From an uncultured Desulfuromonadales bacterium (lineage in GTDB: Bacteria > Desulfobacterota > Desulfuromonadia > Desulfuromonadales > Trichloromonadaceae): a DNA stretch of 43,863 nucleotides. Below are positions 9,922-19,114 of the stretch, one piece after another; the stretch's first letter is position 1; every line of letters starts with the position of its first letter. The translations under genes and the position numbers were made by a program. The notes beneath the pieces were generated by a model that was not told the DNA's origin, did not search any database, and worked only from the letters and a program-made list of their open reading frames with translations. Where the stretch lies: assembly GCA_945787285.1 (NCBI GenBank), contig CALZIC010000120.1, positions 1 to 43,863 of the forward strand. Reading direction: 5' to 3'.

Positions 9922-9933
9922 CAAATCTGCGGC

Positions 9934-10344
9934 CTACGCTCCGCGGCGAAGCGCCCCGATAAGTACGGCGGCAAAAACCAGCCCGGCTCCCACGCCGTTG
10001 GCGACGAAGTCGCCGAATTCGCTGAAGCGGCCCGTGCCGGCAACGGCCTGACAGCCCTCCATGACCGCGCCGTACACCACCGAACAGCCCAGGGCCCACG
10101 CCCACCCCCGAACCGGATGAGGGGTCAGCAGTACAAAAAACCGCCCCCCCGCAAGGGTGAGAACGGCATAGGCCGCAGCATGCTTGATCTTGTCCGAAGC
10201 GGACCAGATATCATCGATCTGATCCGTGTCCGGGGTGAGGGACAGCCACGCAATCGCCGCGGCAACCCCCACAAAAAGCGCCAATCGACACCAGAAATCT
10301 CTGTTCTTGAATCGCATCTCCGTCATATTGCTTGCAAAACCCAT
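9934..10344 (-). CDS. VanZ-like family membrane protein (start may be at internal Met about 10326)
   Basis: 136 aa; 3-4 TM segments; KIKHAAAYAVL resembles the VanZ-family conserved motif. Confidence 0.5.
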   Translation of the reverse strand: MGFASNMTEMRFKNRDFWCRLALFVGVAAAIAWLSLTPDTDQIDDIWSASDKIKHAAAYAVLTLAGGRFFVLLTPHPVRGWAWALGCSVVYGAVMEGCQAVAGTGRFSEFGDFVANGVGAGLVFAAVLIGALRRGA

Positions 10345-10435
10345 TCGATCCCGGTTATAAAAAACTGCTCATCCACCTTCCACTGTAAATGTTACCAAAC
10401 ATAGCAGAAACCATCCACGCACGACAGAGGTAGTT

Positions 10436-11074
10436 TTGAATACATCATTGTTAAGACGCATCTGGGTCACCTTTTCCGCCTACGTCATCGGGTTTTACGC
10501 TTCACTACTGAATCGTTTTCAAACGATTGGCTGGCAGAACATTCCTGAAAACGGCGGGACACTGCTGGCCTCCAACCACATATCGGAATTCGAGACCGTC
10601 TTTTTACCCTGGGCCCTGATCCGGCACCGGCCCCTGCAGATGGTCTGGGCTCCGGCCAAGGAAGAACTTTTTCGCAACCGCTTCCTGGGAGCTCTCTTTA
10701 GGTCCTGGGGCGCCTTTCCTGTGAAACGGGGAAGGGATGTGCGAGCGGGAAAAACCCTCAATGAACTTCTGAAAACTGAAAAAGTGATGCTTTTTCCTGA
10801 GGGGACCCGCAACAGGGATGGAAAACTCGGACGCGGCAACCGCGGGGTCGGCAAACTGATTTACGATGTACGTCCGCACGTCATTCCGACCGCAATGAGC
10901 GGCCTCAACACCTGGAAAGCGTTCAATTGGGGTCAACAGGGCAAAGTCACCTTCGGTGCCCCGATTGACTTTTCAGACCTCTTTGAGCTCGAAGACTGCA
11001 AAGAAACGCACATCCTGATCGTCGATCGGGTAATGACCTCGATCGGCCTGCTGCTGAGCGAGCCCGAGCAATAA
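10436..11074 (+). CDS. plsC: 1-acyl-sn-glycerol-3-phosphate acyltransferase family (PlsC-like lysophospholipid acyltransferase)
   Basis: 212 aa; NHISEFE (HX4D-type) and FPEGTRN acyltransferase motifs. Confidence 0.8.
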   Translation: MNTSLLRRIWVTFSAYVIGFYASLLNRFQTIGWQNIPENGGTLLASNHISEFETVFLPWALIRHRPLQMVWAPAKEELFRNRFLGALFRSWGAFPVKRGRDVRAGKTLNELLKTEKVMLFPEGTRNRDGKLGRGNRGVGKLIYDVRPHVIPTAMSGLNTWKAFNWGQQGKVTFGAPIDFSDLFELEDCKETHILIVDRVMTSIGLLLSEPEQ

Positions 11075-11107
11075 ATCCCGATCATTTTTTCGGACAGACA
11101 GCCTACT

Positions 11108-11147
11108 AAAAAAGCCCTCCCGGACCGGGAGGGCTTTTTGGTTTTTA
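11108..11147. terminator. bidirectional rho-independent terminator between convergent plsC and hydrolase genes
   Basis: aaaaaa-GCCCTCCCGG-ac-CCGGGAGGGC-tttttggttttt; perfect 10-bp stem flanked by A-run and T-run. Confidence 0.8.
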
Positions 11148-11960
11148 AGCGACCTTGCTCAATCTGCCAGCCCCGTGCCTCTGCACCCTGACCTGGTTGA
11201 GGAATTCGAGCAGATAACCATTGAACTCTTCAGGTTTTTCATAATTGATCAGTTTCCCGCCACCTTCAACTTCAACGATCGCACTCCCGGGCAGAGGCAT
11301 TGAGTGAAGTCGCAACGTATCGGCACTTCCCTGCACGACCAGGCAAGGAGGGATCTCCAGAAGACAAGTCGTCGCGCCAAAGTCTTTGCGGTCACGCACG
11401 GCCCTCAGACCATTAACCAGGGCCGTATAGTCTGCCGACCATATCATGCCGCTGATCAATGCCTTTTCCTCAGCAGAAATCGTCGCCTCCTCTGGAAACA
11501 ACGAGGCCAACTGCCCCTCGACAAGGTCATTCAAGTGGCCGGCTTCTGCCATCCAGATCAACTCATTGCACCGGGTCTTTTCCGCCTGATCGGCCCCCTT
11601 AATCGAAGTAGAGACCAGGCAGGCCCCGGCCACCCGCTGAGAAAACCGCTCAAGAATGTGCAAAACGACCGTACCGCCCATGGAGGATCCGCAGAAAACG
11701 GCCCTGCCGATCCCCAGGTAATTCAAAAGGTCAAGGACATCCCCAGCCATCGACTGCAGGGTCCAGGGGGTCTTGGACGTCGAACTGTCGCCGAACCCTC
11801 GCAGATCAGGCATGACCACGCGGTAGCCGGCCTTCACCAGCGGATCCACCTGGTGGGTCCACATCTGGCGGTTGAGCGGAAAACCGTGAATCAGAACAAT
11901 GGCGGGACCGCATCCATAATCATCATACGCCAGGGATTTACCATTAATCATAGCCCTCAT
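11145..11960 (-). CDS. alpha/beta hydrolase fold protein
   Basis: GSSMGG nucleophile-elbow motif with HGFPLN upstream. Start placed at MRAMINGK (ATG 11960); the longer ORF to 12275 overlaps the upstream satP gene. Confidence 0.8.
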   Translation of the reverse strand: MRAMINGKSLAYDDYGCGPAIVLIHGFPLNRQMWTHQVDPLVKAGYRVVMPDLRGFGDSSTSKTPWTLQSMAGDVLDLLNYLGIGRAVFCGSSMGGTVVLHILERFSQRVAGACLVSTSIKGADQAEKTRCNELIWMAEAGHLNDLVEGQLASLFPEEATISAEEKALISGMIWSADYTALVNGLRAVRDRKDFGATTCLLEIPPCLVVQGSADTLRLHSMPLPGSAIVEVEGGGKLINYEKPEEFNGYLLEFLNQVRVQRHGAGRLSKVA

Positions 11961-11977
11961 AATCAACCGCTCAGTAA

Positions 11978-12577
11978 CTACCCAAGGGGGAGGATGGGCC
12001 TTCCGCAAAGCTCGCGCAGACGAAGTGCCAATCCGGTATAAAGGGCGACACCCCCGACGCAGACCGAGGCGCCCCCTGTTATCAGGCTGAAATTTGCCGT
12101 CCCTGCCATCAGACTGCTTGACCACAGGGCAAAAAAGAGCACCAGGCTCGCGAAAAAAATACGCAGTGCGCGGCAGAGTTTGACTGAAGAAACCATCAGC
12201 AGCACGCTGAACATACCCCACAAAAACAGATAGGAGGCTAGGGTTTCGGCTTGGGGATGCTCGCCGAATCCGCACTTGGGCAGCAGCACCATCCCGAGCA
12301 GCGACAACCAGAAGAGCCCAAAGGCCACGAAGACGACCGAACCAAAGAGATTTCCGCGTTGACGCTCTATGAACCCTATGACCACCTGCCCGACTCCACC
12401 GTAAAAAATACCCATGGCCAGAACAATGCCGCTCACGGGAATCAGACCGGTGTAGCTCAACCCAAGAAGAATGGCCGTCAGCCCGAATGAGAAAAATCCG
12501 AGCGGAATAAAGTCTGATGAGATCTCGCTCGAGTTTATTTCGGCAGGTTTTGTCTGCGGAACCGCCAGTTTGACCAT
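11978..12577 (-). CDS. satP: GPR1/FUN34/YaaH family acetate/succinate uptake transporter
   Basis: ILAMGIFYGG motif and overall similarity to E. coli SatP (YaaH). Start at MVKLAVPQ (ATG 12577) preceded by an aaggagg RBS. Confidence 0.85.
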   Translation of the reverse strand: MVKLAVPQTKPAEINSSEISSDFIPLGFFSFGLTAILLGLSYTGLIPVSGIVLAMGIFYGGVGQVVIGFIERQRGNLFGSVVFVAFGLFWLSLLGMVLLPKCGFGEHPQAETLASYLFLWGMFSVLLMVSSVKLCRALRIFFASLVLFFALWSSSLMAGTANFSLITGGASVCVGGVALYTGLALRLRELCGRPILPLG

Positions 12578-12882
12578 TTTACCCTCCTTGTAATGGCTGC
12601 AAGCTTTTTCAATAAACACTACCAGCAACATTTATACCAGCGTTCTACGAAGTCGAAATCTTTTCAAACTTCTCTATCTTTTCGGTCACTTACCTTATCA
12701 TTTCAAGCAAGCCGCAATCGCTTCGAACGACCGCATGGTTTGCAGATCTGCAAACCAATAAGAAGCAATTTTATCCACATATGACCGTAGGAACTGTCAT
12801 CACCCGTCCTGAATTCATAAAAAACTTGTATTTTCGGTATATTCTCTTGCTTCACCCGCCAATCGGGCGAAGGACTGCCGCA

Positions 12883-12909
12883 ATGCAAAACGTAATTCTA
12901 TTTTTGCAT
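12883..12909. promoter_or_regulatory. perfect 8-bp inverted repeat ATGCAAAA-N11-TTTTGCAT in the satP/yhbY divergent intergenic region; possible operator
   Basis: seen directly in sequence; about 160 bp upstream of yhbY. Confidence 0.3.
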
Positions 12910-13067
12910 TTTTGCGAATTTACCAGCCCCCTCCACAAAGGCAAAACAGACGGTTGTCGCCGCCACGGCGGAAAAGATCCACCTCCTGACGGAAACTAGT
13001 TACAGGCACGATGTAAAAGGGTATAGTGGAGTGTTAATACGAACCTGTAGAAAGGAATTTTGATTAA

Positions 13068-13361
13068 ATGCAAGAACTCACCGGAAAACAGGTGCGTCAC
13101 CTCAGAGGACTGGGGCACCACCTGAAACCTGTCGTCATGATAGGAAAAGAAGAAATAGCGCCAGCCGTGCTGGCTTCGATCGAAGAGGCGCTGAACACCC
13201 ACGAACTGATAAAGGTAAAAATCCAGGAAGGGTGTATCATGGACCGCAAGGACGTGGCCTCGGCCCTCAGTACGGAAACGGGTGCAGCGATCGTTCAGAT
13301 TCTTGGCAAAACCATCCTGCTGTTTCGCCGCAGCGACGACCCGAAGATCAAACTTTCATAG
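13068..13361 (+). CDS. yhbY: ribosome assembly RNA-binding protein YhbY (CRS1/YhbY domain)
   Basis: 97 aa; GKQVRHLRGLGHHLKPVVMIGKEEI, typical CRM domain. Confidence 0.85.
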   Translation: MQELTGKQVRHLRGLGHHLKPVVMIGKEEIAPAVLASIEEALNTHELIKVKIQEGCIMDRKDVASALSTETGAAIVQILGKTILLFRRSDDPKIKLS

Positions 13362-13402
13362 ATTTTTCGGCGCAGCTTAACGGCAGATGGAACTCTGGGC
13401 AT

Positions 13403-13437
13403 AAAAAAAGAGAGGCGAAATCGCCTCTCTTTTTTTA
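13403..13437 (+). terminator. rho-independent terminator after yhbY
   Basis: aaaaaaagAGAGGCGaaatCGCCTCTCttttttt. Confidence 0.75.
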
Positions 13438-13576
13438 TGCTGCATCGGTTTAAGTGAATAACCTTATGTGACCTGACCGGCCAGCGGTGAGGCCGAGAAG
13501 TCTGTTGCCCTATTTCCAGGCCTGCCGGTATTGAGGGCAATTCTCTGGCCGACTGCCCCCCACACAGAAAGGAGCC

Positions 13577-14707
13577 TCAAACCCTTTCGTAGGGATCGAA
13601 CAGCCGATTATATTCATCCATCGCAAAACGATCGGTCATCCCGGCGATGTAGTCACAGACCACCCTTTCCTTGCCGAACAGCTCAAACTTGACCTGAACG
13701 GCGTTGGGCAAAAGGGATGGCGTTTTAATATAATTCTCAAAAAGGTGCTGCAAAATGCGCTCAGCCTTGACCCTCATGCGCTCGACCTTGTAATGCCGGT
13801 ACAGGTTGGTATGCAGAAACTCTTTCAGCTCCCTGCTCCTATGCGTCATGTCTTCCCCCAGGGCGACCAGGCGCCTGGGATGACTGCGGACGGCCTCAAG
13901 ACTCTCAATCCCGTTGCTTTTCAGATTCTTCTCCGTTGTCGCAACCAGGTCTTCGACCAGAGCGCCGATCAGGTGGCTGATCGTCTGGTAGAGGTGGCGT
14001 TCCTGGTTGATGCCGGGGAATTTGCCGGCGACCCGGTCGAAGGTCTCTTTCCAGATTTTCACTTCTGAAAGTTCTTCAAGACGGATATATCCGGACTTGA
14101 GCCCGTCATCGATATCGTGATTGTTGTAGGCGATCTCATCGGCCAGATCGATAAGCTGGGCTTCCATGCCGGGACGCTCTGAAGGCGCATATTCAGCGAC
14201 ATCGTCATCTTCCCCGAGATGGTCGCAGGAATGCTTGACGATTCCCTCGCGGGTTTCCCAGGTAAGATTGAGGCCGGGAAAGCCCGGATACCGCTCCTCG
14301 AGCACCTCAACAGTTCGCAGCGATTGCCGGTTGTGGTCGAAGCCGCCATACTCGGACATCAGGCGATTGAGCACATCTTCGCCGGTATGGCCAAAAGGGG
14401 TATGCCCCAAATCGTGAGCCAGGGACAGCGCCTCCACCAGGTCTTCGTTGAGCCTCAGGCAGCGGGCGATCCCCCGGGCAATCTGCGCCACCTCAAGAGA
14501 ATGGGTCAACCGCGTGCGGTAGTAGTCTCCCTCATGGTTGACGAATACCTGGGTTTTGTACTCCAGACGCCTGAATGCGGCGCAATGAATGATACGGTCG
14601 CGATCCCGTTCGAAAGCAGGGCGGTCGTCTTTAAAGGGTTCGGCATGACGGCGACCGCGGCTGGCACTGCTGAGAGTGGCGTAGGGGGCGAGATCGGGGC
14701 GTTCCAT
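13577..14707 (-). CDS. dgt: deoxyguanosinetriphosphate triphosphohydrolase-like protein (HD domain)
   Basis: HD-domain motifs RLTHSLEVAQIARG and HDLGHTPFGHTGE. Start at MERPDLAPYA (ATG 14707). Confidence 0.85.
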   Translation of the reverse strand: MERPDLAPYATLSSASRGRRHAEPFKDDRPAFERDRDRIIHCAAFRRLEYKTQVFVNHEGDYYRTRLTHSLEVAQIARGIARCLRLNEDLVEALSLAHDLGHTPFGHTGEDVLNRLMSEYGGFDHNRQSLRTVEVLEERYPGFPGLNLTWETREGIVKHSCDHLGEDDDVAEYAPSERPGMEAQLIDLADEIAYNNHDIDDGLKSGYIRLEELSEVKIWKETFDRVAGKFPGINQERHLYQTISHLIGALVEDLVATTEKNLKSNGIESLEAVRSHPRRLVALGEDMTHRSRELKEFLHTNLYRHYKVERMRVKAERILQHLFENYIKTPSLLPNAVQVKFELFGKERVVCDYIAGMTDRFAMDEYNRLFDPYERV

Positions 14708-14904
14708 AAGGGCCTCCACAAAAATACAAATGATAACCAAGGCGACACACGAGACGGAGCTGAACCATTAAACCTTCCGACCTACTCTATGTCAACAGCC
14801 AAGGAAGCTAAACCGTTGACCTTACAAGGCTCTTGTGATAGCTTCGCCCTCAAGTCGGTCCCCTTTCGGGACCGGTAAAAACATAATAAACAAAGGGCTT
14901 CAGG

Positions 14905-15477
14905 TTGCGAATAATCAGTGGCAGCGCCAGGGGAAAACGCCTGGAAACGTTTAAGGGAACGGACATTCGCCCCACACCGGATCGCGTCAGGGGCGCTATA
15001 TTCAGTATGCTGTTCAGCCGCCTGGGATCCTTTCAGGGCAAAACCGTCCTTGACCTGTACGCCGGCACCGGCGCCATGGCCATAGAGGCCCTCAGCCGCG
15101 GAGCATCGAAAGCCTGGCTGGTAGACCAGGGGCCCCAGTCTGCGCAGGTCATCGGCAAAAACCTGGAAAACTGCAGGGTCGCCGAGCGGGCGGTTTATTG
15201 CCGCTCGTCCGTGACCAGAGCTCTGGAACAGCTCGGAGGACAAAAACCGTTCGACCTGATTTTTCTCGACCCTCCCTACAAAAAAGAGCTTGCCACGCAA
15301 ACCCTTCGCCTCCTTGCCGACAAAGGGTTTGTGTCGAAAGACGGCGTCATCTGCGCCGAAGCCGACCGGTCAGAAGAAATCCCGTCAGAATTCGGCAATC
15401 TGACCCGCATTGACCGCCGCGACTACGGCACGACCTCCATCCACCTCTTTGCCCCAATCGACACCGACGAGGCCTGA
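14905..15477 (+). CDS. rsmD: 16S rRNA (guanine966-N2)-methyltransferase
   Basis: 190 aa; MRIISGSARGKRL start (TTG), DLYAGTGAMAIEALSRGA SAM motif, DPPY motif. Confidence 0.85.
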   Translation: MRIISGSARGKRLETFKGTDIRPTPDRVRGAIFSMLFSRLGSFQGKTVLDLYAGTGAMAIEALSRGASKAWLVDQGPQSAQVIGKNLENCRVAERAVYCRSSVTRALEQLGGQKPFDLIFLDPPYKKELATQTLRLLADKGFVSKDGVICAEADRSEEIPSEFGNLTRIDRRDYGTTSIHLFAPIDTDEA

Positions 15478-15480
15478 ACC

Positions 15481-15969
15481 ATGAGAAAACGCATCGCCGT
15501 CTATCCCGGCTCTTTCGATCCGATCACCAACGGTCATCTCGATATCATCAAGCGAGGTCTCGAGGTTTTCGACACAGTCATCGTTGCCGTCGCCAGAAAT
15601 TCCGAAAAATCCGGTCTGTTTACCACCGACGAACGGATCGAGATGATACAGGAAACGGTGGGAGACAACCCCCGCCTGAAGGTCGACACATTTAATGGAC
15701 TGCTGGTCGATTATGTGTCAGCGCAGGGAGCGAGGGTCATTTTACGCGGACTGCGTGCCGTATCCGACTTCGAGTACGAATTCCAGATCGCCCAGATGAA
15801 CCGTTCGGTCAACGAGGACATCGAGACTCTCTTCATGATGACCTCGGTCCCTTATGGCTACCTGAGCTCTTCCATCGTCAAGGAGGTGGCCTCACTCAAA
15901 GGCTCCATCGACACCTTTGTCCCCCCTCCCGTAAAAGCGGCTCTTGAACGAAAATTCAGAAAAGACTAG
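15481..15969 (+). CDS. coaD: phosphopantetheine adenylyltransferase
   Basis: 162 aa; [16 protein letters not shown] signature; conserved rsmD-coaD pairing. Confidence 0.95.
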   Translation: MRKRIAVYPGSFDPITNGHLDIIKRGLEVFDTVIVAVARNSEKSGLFTTDERIEMIQETVGDNPRLKVDTFNGLLVDYVSAQGARVILRGLRAVSDFEYEFQIAQMNRSVNEDIETLFMMTSVPYGYLSSSIVKEVASLKGSIDTFVPPPVKAALERKFRKD

Positions 15970-15979
15970 GAGGTCTTCG

Positions 15980-16174
15980 ATGATTACCAAGGACATGACC
16001 ATCGGCGATGTCATGAGGGAGCACCCGGAAACGATTGCGGTTTTCAAGCGATTCGGCCTCAACTGCCATGACTGCCAGATCGCTGACATTGAAGAAGTCG
16101 AGCACGGTGCCGGGGTTCACCAGGTCGACATCGATCAGCTCCTTGGCGAGCTGAACAAAGCCATCGAAGAGTAA
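15980..16174 (+). CDS. DUF1858 domain small redox-disulfide-type protein
   Basis: MITKDMTIGDVMREHPETIAVFKRFGLNCHDCQIA...; taggagg RBS before ATG 15980. Confidence 0.65.
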   Translation: MITKDMTIGDVMREHPETIAVFKRFGLNCHDCQIADIEEVEHGAGVHQVDIDQLLGELNKAIEE

Positions 16175-17003
16175 CCCCGGGAGCCTGTAGGACTTGACGG
16201 ACCGTAACGAGAAATTGGATGTTCGAGACCAGATTTTCGAGAATTTGAGAGCGAATAGCAGGGCTATTTGTCGAAAATTGTCGAGGATACTCCATTTGCT
16301 CAAGCTGGGTGACCAATCGGTCCAAAGCATCGACCACCAGGGCCTCGAGTTGCGCCCCCTTTTCGGCGGTGGCCCGGGTCGGGTCGCCCCAAACCCCGCC
16401 AGGCCAGAAACGGCGCTTGTTTCTCACCAGAATGCCGCTCGGAAAGGACGGAAACTCCCGCCTCCCCTCCCCCTTTACCAGATGCGGGTGCGAGTTGAGA
16501 ATCCGTGAGGTTTCGATCTCGCCGGCGTGCGAATCGCCTTCGGTCTCGATGAGACCGCGCCCCTCCCTTGCCGCCAGCATGTACTCGGTCAAAACGGCGA
16601 TGCCGATATCTTCGAAGCGCTCAAGCAGTTCTTCCCCGGCGTCGATCAGGGCCGAGGTATGGGTCCCGCCGGCATGACCGGTGATCAAAACGAAATTGCG
16701 CAGCCCCTGGCGCCTCAGAGAGGTCACGATGTCGATGGCCAGAGCTCTGATCGTTGACGTGGTGATGCTGATGGTGCCGGGATGTTCGGCGGTGGACCGG
16801 CAGACCCCGTACGGAATCGGCGGGGCGATGAAGATCGGACGTTTCTCTGCGAGACGGCGGCCGACCTCCACGGCATGCAGGGTATCGGTCGAAAGGGGCA
16901 GATGATCGCCGTGCTGCTCGGTCGCCCCGAAGGGGATCAACACCGTGCGGGTCTTTTCGAGCCCATCGGCAAACTCGCACATGGTCATCTCTTCAATAAT
17001 CAT
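16059..17003 (-). CDS. creatininase (creatinine amidohydrolase) family protein; C-terminal ~35 aa are translated from the dispersed repeat
   Basis: Motifs EQHGDHLPLSTD, HAGGTHT, GHAGEIETS. The ORF has no stop until 16059, so it runs through repeat copy A and overlaps the convergent DUF1858 gene. Confidence 0.7.
   Translation of the reverse strand: MIIEEMTMCEFADGLEKTRTVLIPFGATEQHGDHLPLSTDTLHAVEVGRRLAEKRPIFIAPPIPYGVCRSTAEHPGTISITTSTIRALAIDIVTSLRRQGLRNFVLITGHAGGTHTSALIDAGEELLERFEDIGIAVLTEYMLAAREGRGLIETEGDSHAGEIETSRILNSHPHLVKGEGRREFPSFPSGILVRNKRRFWPGGVWGDPTRATAEKGAQLEALVVDALDRLVTQLEQMEYPRQFSTNSPAIRSQILENLVSNIQFLVTVRQVLQAPGVTLRWLCSARQGADRCRPGEPRHRARLLQCQRSGSHGS
16194..16289 (+). repeat. dispersed repeat copy A (~95 bp, about 90 percent identical to 25524-25618)
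   Basis: direct comparison: GACCGtAACGAGAAATTGGATGTTCGAGaCCAG...AATTTGAGAGCGAATAGCAGGGCTATTTGTCGAAAATTGTCGAGGATA. Confidence 0.85.
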
Positions 17004-17014
17004 GCAACCCGCCT

Positions 17015-17776
17015 TTACAGAATATCCATAAACCTGTGGGTCTGGGGAATCACCCGCACCAGGGGGTGTATCCCGGCTAGACGCCCCTGAAAATCGAGGA
17101 GCTTTTGCCCCGAAACGGCGATCCCGCGATCACCGGTGTAAGCCTGCAGAATAATCGTGACTTCGGGCGCTTCTTTTGCCACCAGGCCGGCCACCTTTTC
17201 GAGTTCAGAGACCGAGGTCTCCTCCCCCGCAATAACCTTCACCTGCAGCGAAGTCTTTCGTCCCGCCCGCAGAAATTTCCGATGCGCATCCCAGGGGGTG
17301 GGCACCCCCGTCATCGACTCCAACTTGATGTCCATGGCCACGTTATCGAGCCACGGCAAAACCTTTTCGAGAGCGGCAGGCAGGGTGCCGTTGGTTTCGA
17401 GGTGAACTGGCAGCAGCTTCTGCAGCGAGGGAAGCCACGCGGCCAGAGCATCGGCGTGAACCAGGGGCTCCCCCCCGGTGAGAGAAATCGAGTGATGCGC
17501 CCCGGGAAGAACCTTCAGCCACTGGCAGAGGGTATCGTGAACCAGGTCGAGAGAAACGGGGTTGCGCACCCCGACAAAGACCCCGGACCCGGGAGCGTCC
17601 TCAATACGGCAGGCGTCTTGGGGCTCGAAAGGGGTGTCGCAGTAGCGGCAGGCAAGGTTGCACCCGGCAAAGCGGATGAACACCTGCCGGCAGCCGACCA
17701 GCATCCCCTCCCCCTGGATGGAGGAGAAGACCTCCAGCAGCTGTGCGTCAGTCTTTGCTGTAGCTGGCACAGGCAT
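17015..17776 (-). CDS. queE: 7-carboxy-7-deazaguanine synthase (radical SAM)
   Basis: 253 aa; CNLACRYCDT cluster motif and QueE-like N-terminus (EVFSSIQGEG). Confidence 0.9.
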   Translation of the reverse strand: MPVPATAKTDAQLLEVFSSIQGEGMLVGCRQVFIRFAGCNLACRYCDTPFEPQDACRIEDAPGSGVFVGVRNPVSLDLVHDTLCQWLKVLPGAHHSISLTGGEPLVHADALAAWLPSLQKLLPVHLETNGTLPAALEKVLPWLDNVAMDIKLESMTGVPTPWDAHRKFLRAGRKTSLQVKVIAGEETSVSELEKVAGLVAKEAPEVTIILQAYTGDRGIAVSGQKLLDFQGRLAGIHPLVRVIPQTHRFMDIL

Positions 17777-18119
17777 GGTCCGACTCCCAGACGTTGACCT
17801 TTTCGACCGTGATATTGTCGCTGTTTAAGCGATCGGAAAGCTTATCAAAGAGAAACCGGGCGATATTTTCCGATGACGGACTGAGCTCCCGGAACGGTTC
17901 AAGATCGTTCAAATACTTGTGGTCGAGCAGATCGAGCATGGTGTTGGTTTCCTTTTTGAGGATCTTGAAATCGATCCCCAGGCCAGCCTTGTCCAACTCC
18001 CTGGCGGCAACCGTCACTTCAACCTTCCAGTTGTGCCCATGAAGATTTTCGCAGTCCCCCTGGTAATTCATCAGGTTGTGAGCTGCAGCAAAGTGCGTAT
18101 GAATTGTGAGACGATACAT
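17748..18119 (-). CDS. queD: 6-carboxy-5,6,7,8-tetrahydropterin synthase
   Basis: 123 aa; CENLHGHNWKVEV zinc-binding motif of PTPS/QueD. Confidence 0.9.
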   Translation of the reverse strand: MYRLTIHTHFAAAHNLMNYQGDCENLHGHNWKVEVTVAARELDKAGLGIDFKILKKETNTMLDLLDHKYLNDLEPFRELSPSSENIARFLFDKLSDRLNSDNITVEKVNVWESDHACASYSKD

Positions 18120-18150
18120 CTATAAACTCCTTAAAAGGGTAAAAAGCCAA

Positions 18151-18336
18151 TCAGTCGTACTGCTCTTCGGAAGGGGCGTCTTCTGCGGGAACACGATATT
18201 CCTCCTCCGCCCAGCGGCCAAGATCGATAAGCCGGCACTTCTCGGAACAGAATGGACGATGGGGGTTCCCTTCCCAGCTGACCCTTTCGCCGCAGCGGGG
18301 ACAGCGTACTTTTACCAGTTTTACGTTTCCTGCCAT
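18151..18336 (-). CDS. yacG: DNA gyrase inhibitor YacG (zinc-ribbon)
   Basis: 61 aa; CPRCGERVSWEGNPHRPFCSEKCRLIDLGRWAEEEY. Confidence 0.85.
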   Translation of the reverse strand: MAGNVKLVKVRCPRCGERVSWEGNPHRPFCSEKCRLIDLGRWAEEEYRVPAEDAPSEEQYD

Positions 18337-18416
18337 GAATCTACCTTGTTATTTCTGAATACAACTTTAGCGTACCCGGATTAGCAGGAAAAACCAACCC
18401 CTTGCAGACCCGGACA

Positions 18417-18462
18417 TGAAAAAAGCCCTGACACCGGAAGCATGAGGTCGGGGCTTCTATTT
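18417..18462. terminator. putative bidirectional terminator hairpin
   Basis: gaaaaaaGCCCTGAC-N15-GTCGGGGCttctatttt; A-run before and T-run after. Confidence 0.35.
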
Positions 18463-18793
18463 TATGAAGGAGTCGGCAGACGACCATCAACATAAAAGCT
18501 TAAAAAACAAACAGCGCGGAATATACCTTGAGGGAAGATCCAAGGCAAATGAAAAATCCTGTCCCCCGCTAAGGAATTAATTGGGGATGTATGCGTGTCG
18601 TAACCTTTCGGATGAATGGGGTCGTTATCAAAAGTGGACACCATAGAGGGGGCCGCCATCCGCAAGGCGAGCGAACCATTTTTGAACTATTTGTCAACTA
18701 TTTGCAGTATGACAAAGCTGTTTAACAAAGAAGCTGGACGCAGCTTTCAATTTACTCTAAGGAACGACTCTCCTTTTCCCCAGGCTCTTTTGA

Positions 18794-19114
18794 CTATTGG
18801 ACAGGGCCCTGTTGGCCACAGCGAGTGTCTGCGGCTTGGCCCAAACACTCGAAGCAGTTTCTCAGGGTGCAAAGCCCACAGGAGTGATACATATAAACAG
18901 GGACACCTTGTTTTTTGGCGCTATCAACGGCTTTGTTACGCGCCCCGTGCGAAACCTTGTTGGTGAAAAGAACTACCGCATCGGCGGCTTTAATGCTTTT
19001 GGCGATTTTTGAATTTTCAGTGGAATATATGGTGATTTGATGGCCGTGCTTTTTGGCTTCTCGGCGATAGTGCTGCGCCAGGCGATCCATCCCTCCGATC
19101 AATACTATACTCAT
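18794..19114 (-). CDS. DUF2325 domain protein
   Basis: 106 aa; MSIVLIGGMDRL...AADAVVLFTNKVSHGARNKAVDSAKKQGVPV pattern recalled for DUF2325. Confidence 0.55.
   Translation of the reverse strand: MSIVLIGGMDRLAQHYRREAKKHGHQITIYSTENSKIAKSIKAADAVVLFTNKVSHGARNKAVDSAKKQGVPVYMYHSCGLCTLRNCFECLGQAADTRCGQQGPVQ

Noticed and set aside
8551-9924. 457-aa minus-strand ORF
   Set aside because: Exactly antisense to bioA, which has unmistakable aminotransferase motifs; spurious mirror ORF
14853-14875. Hairpin GGTCCCctttcGGGACC as a terminator between dgt and rsmD
   Set aside because: No U-tract follows it on either strand in the right orientation; more likely part of the divergent promoter region
14219-14878. 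219-aa + ORF
   Set aside because: Antisense to the dGTPase gene; no motifs
16194-16508. Small ORFs starting inside both dispersed repeat copies (MTDRNEKLDVR... and MPDRNEKLDVR...)
   Set aside because: Differences between copies are mostly nonsynonymous (4 versus 1), with no RBS or start codon conservation; more consistent with a non-coding repeat than a conserved peptide
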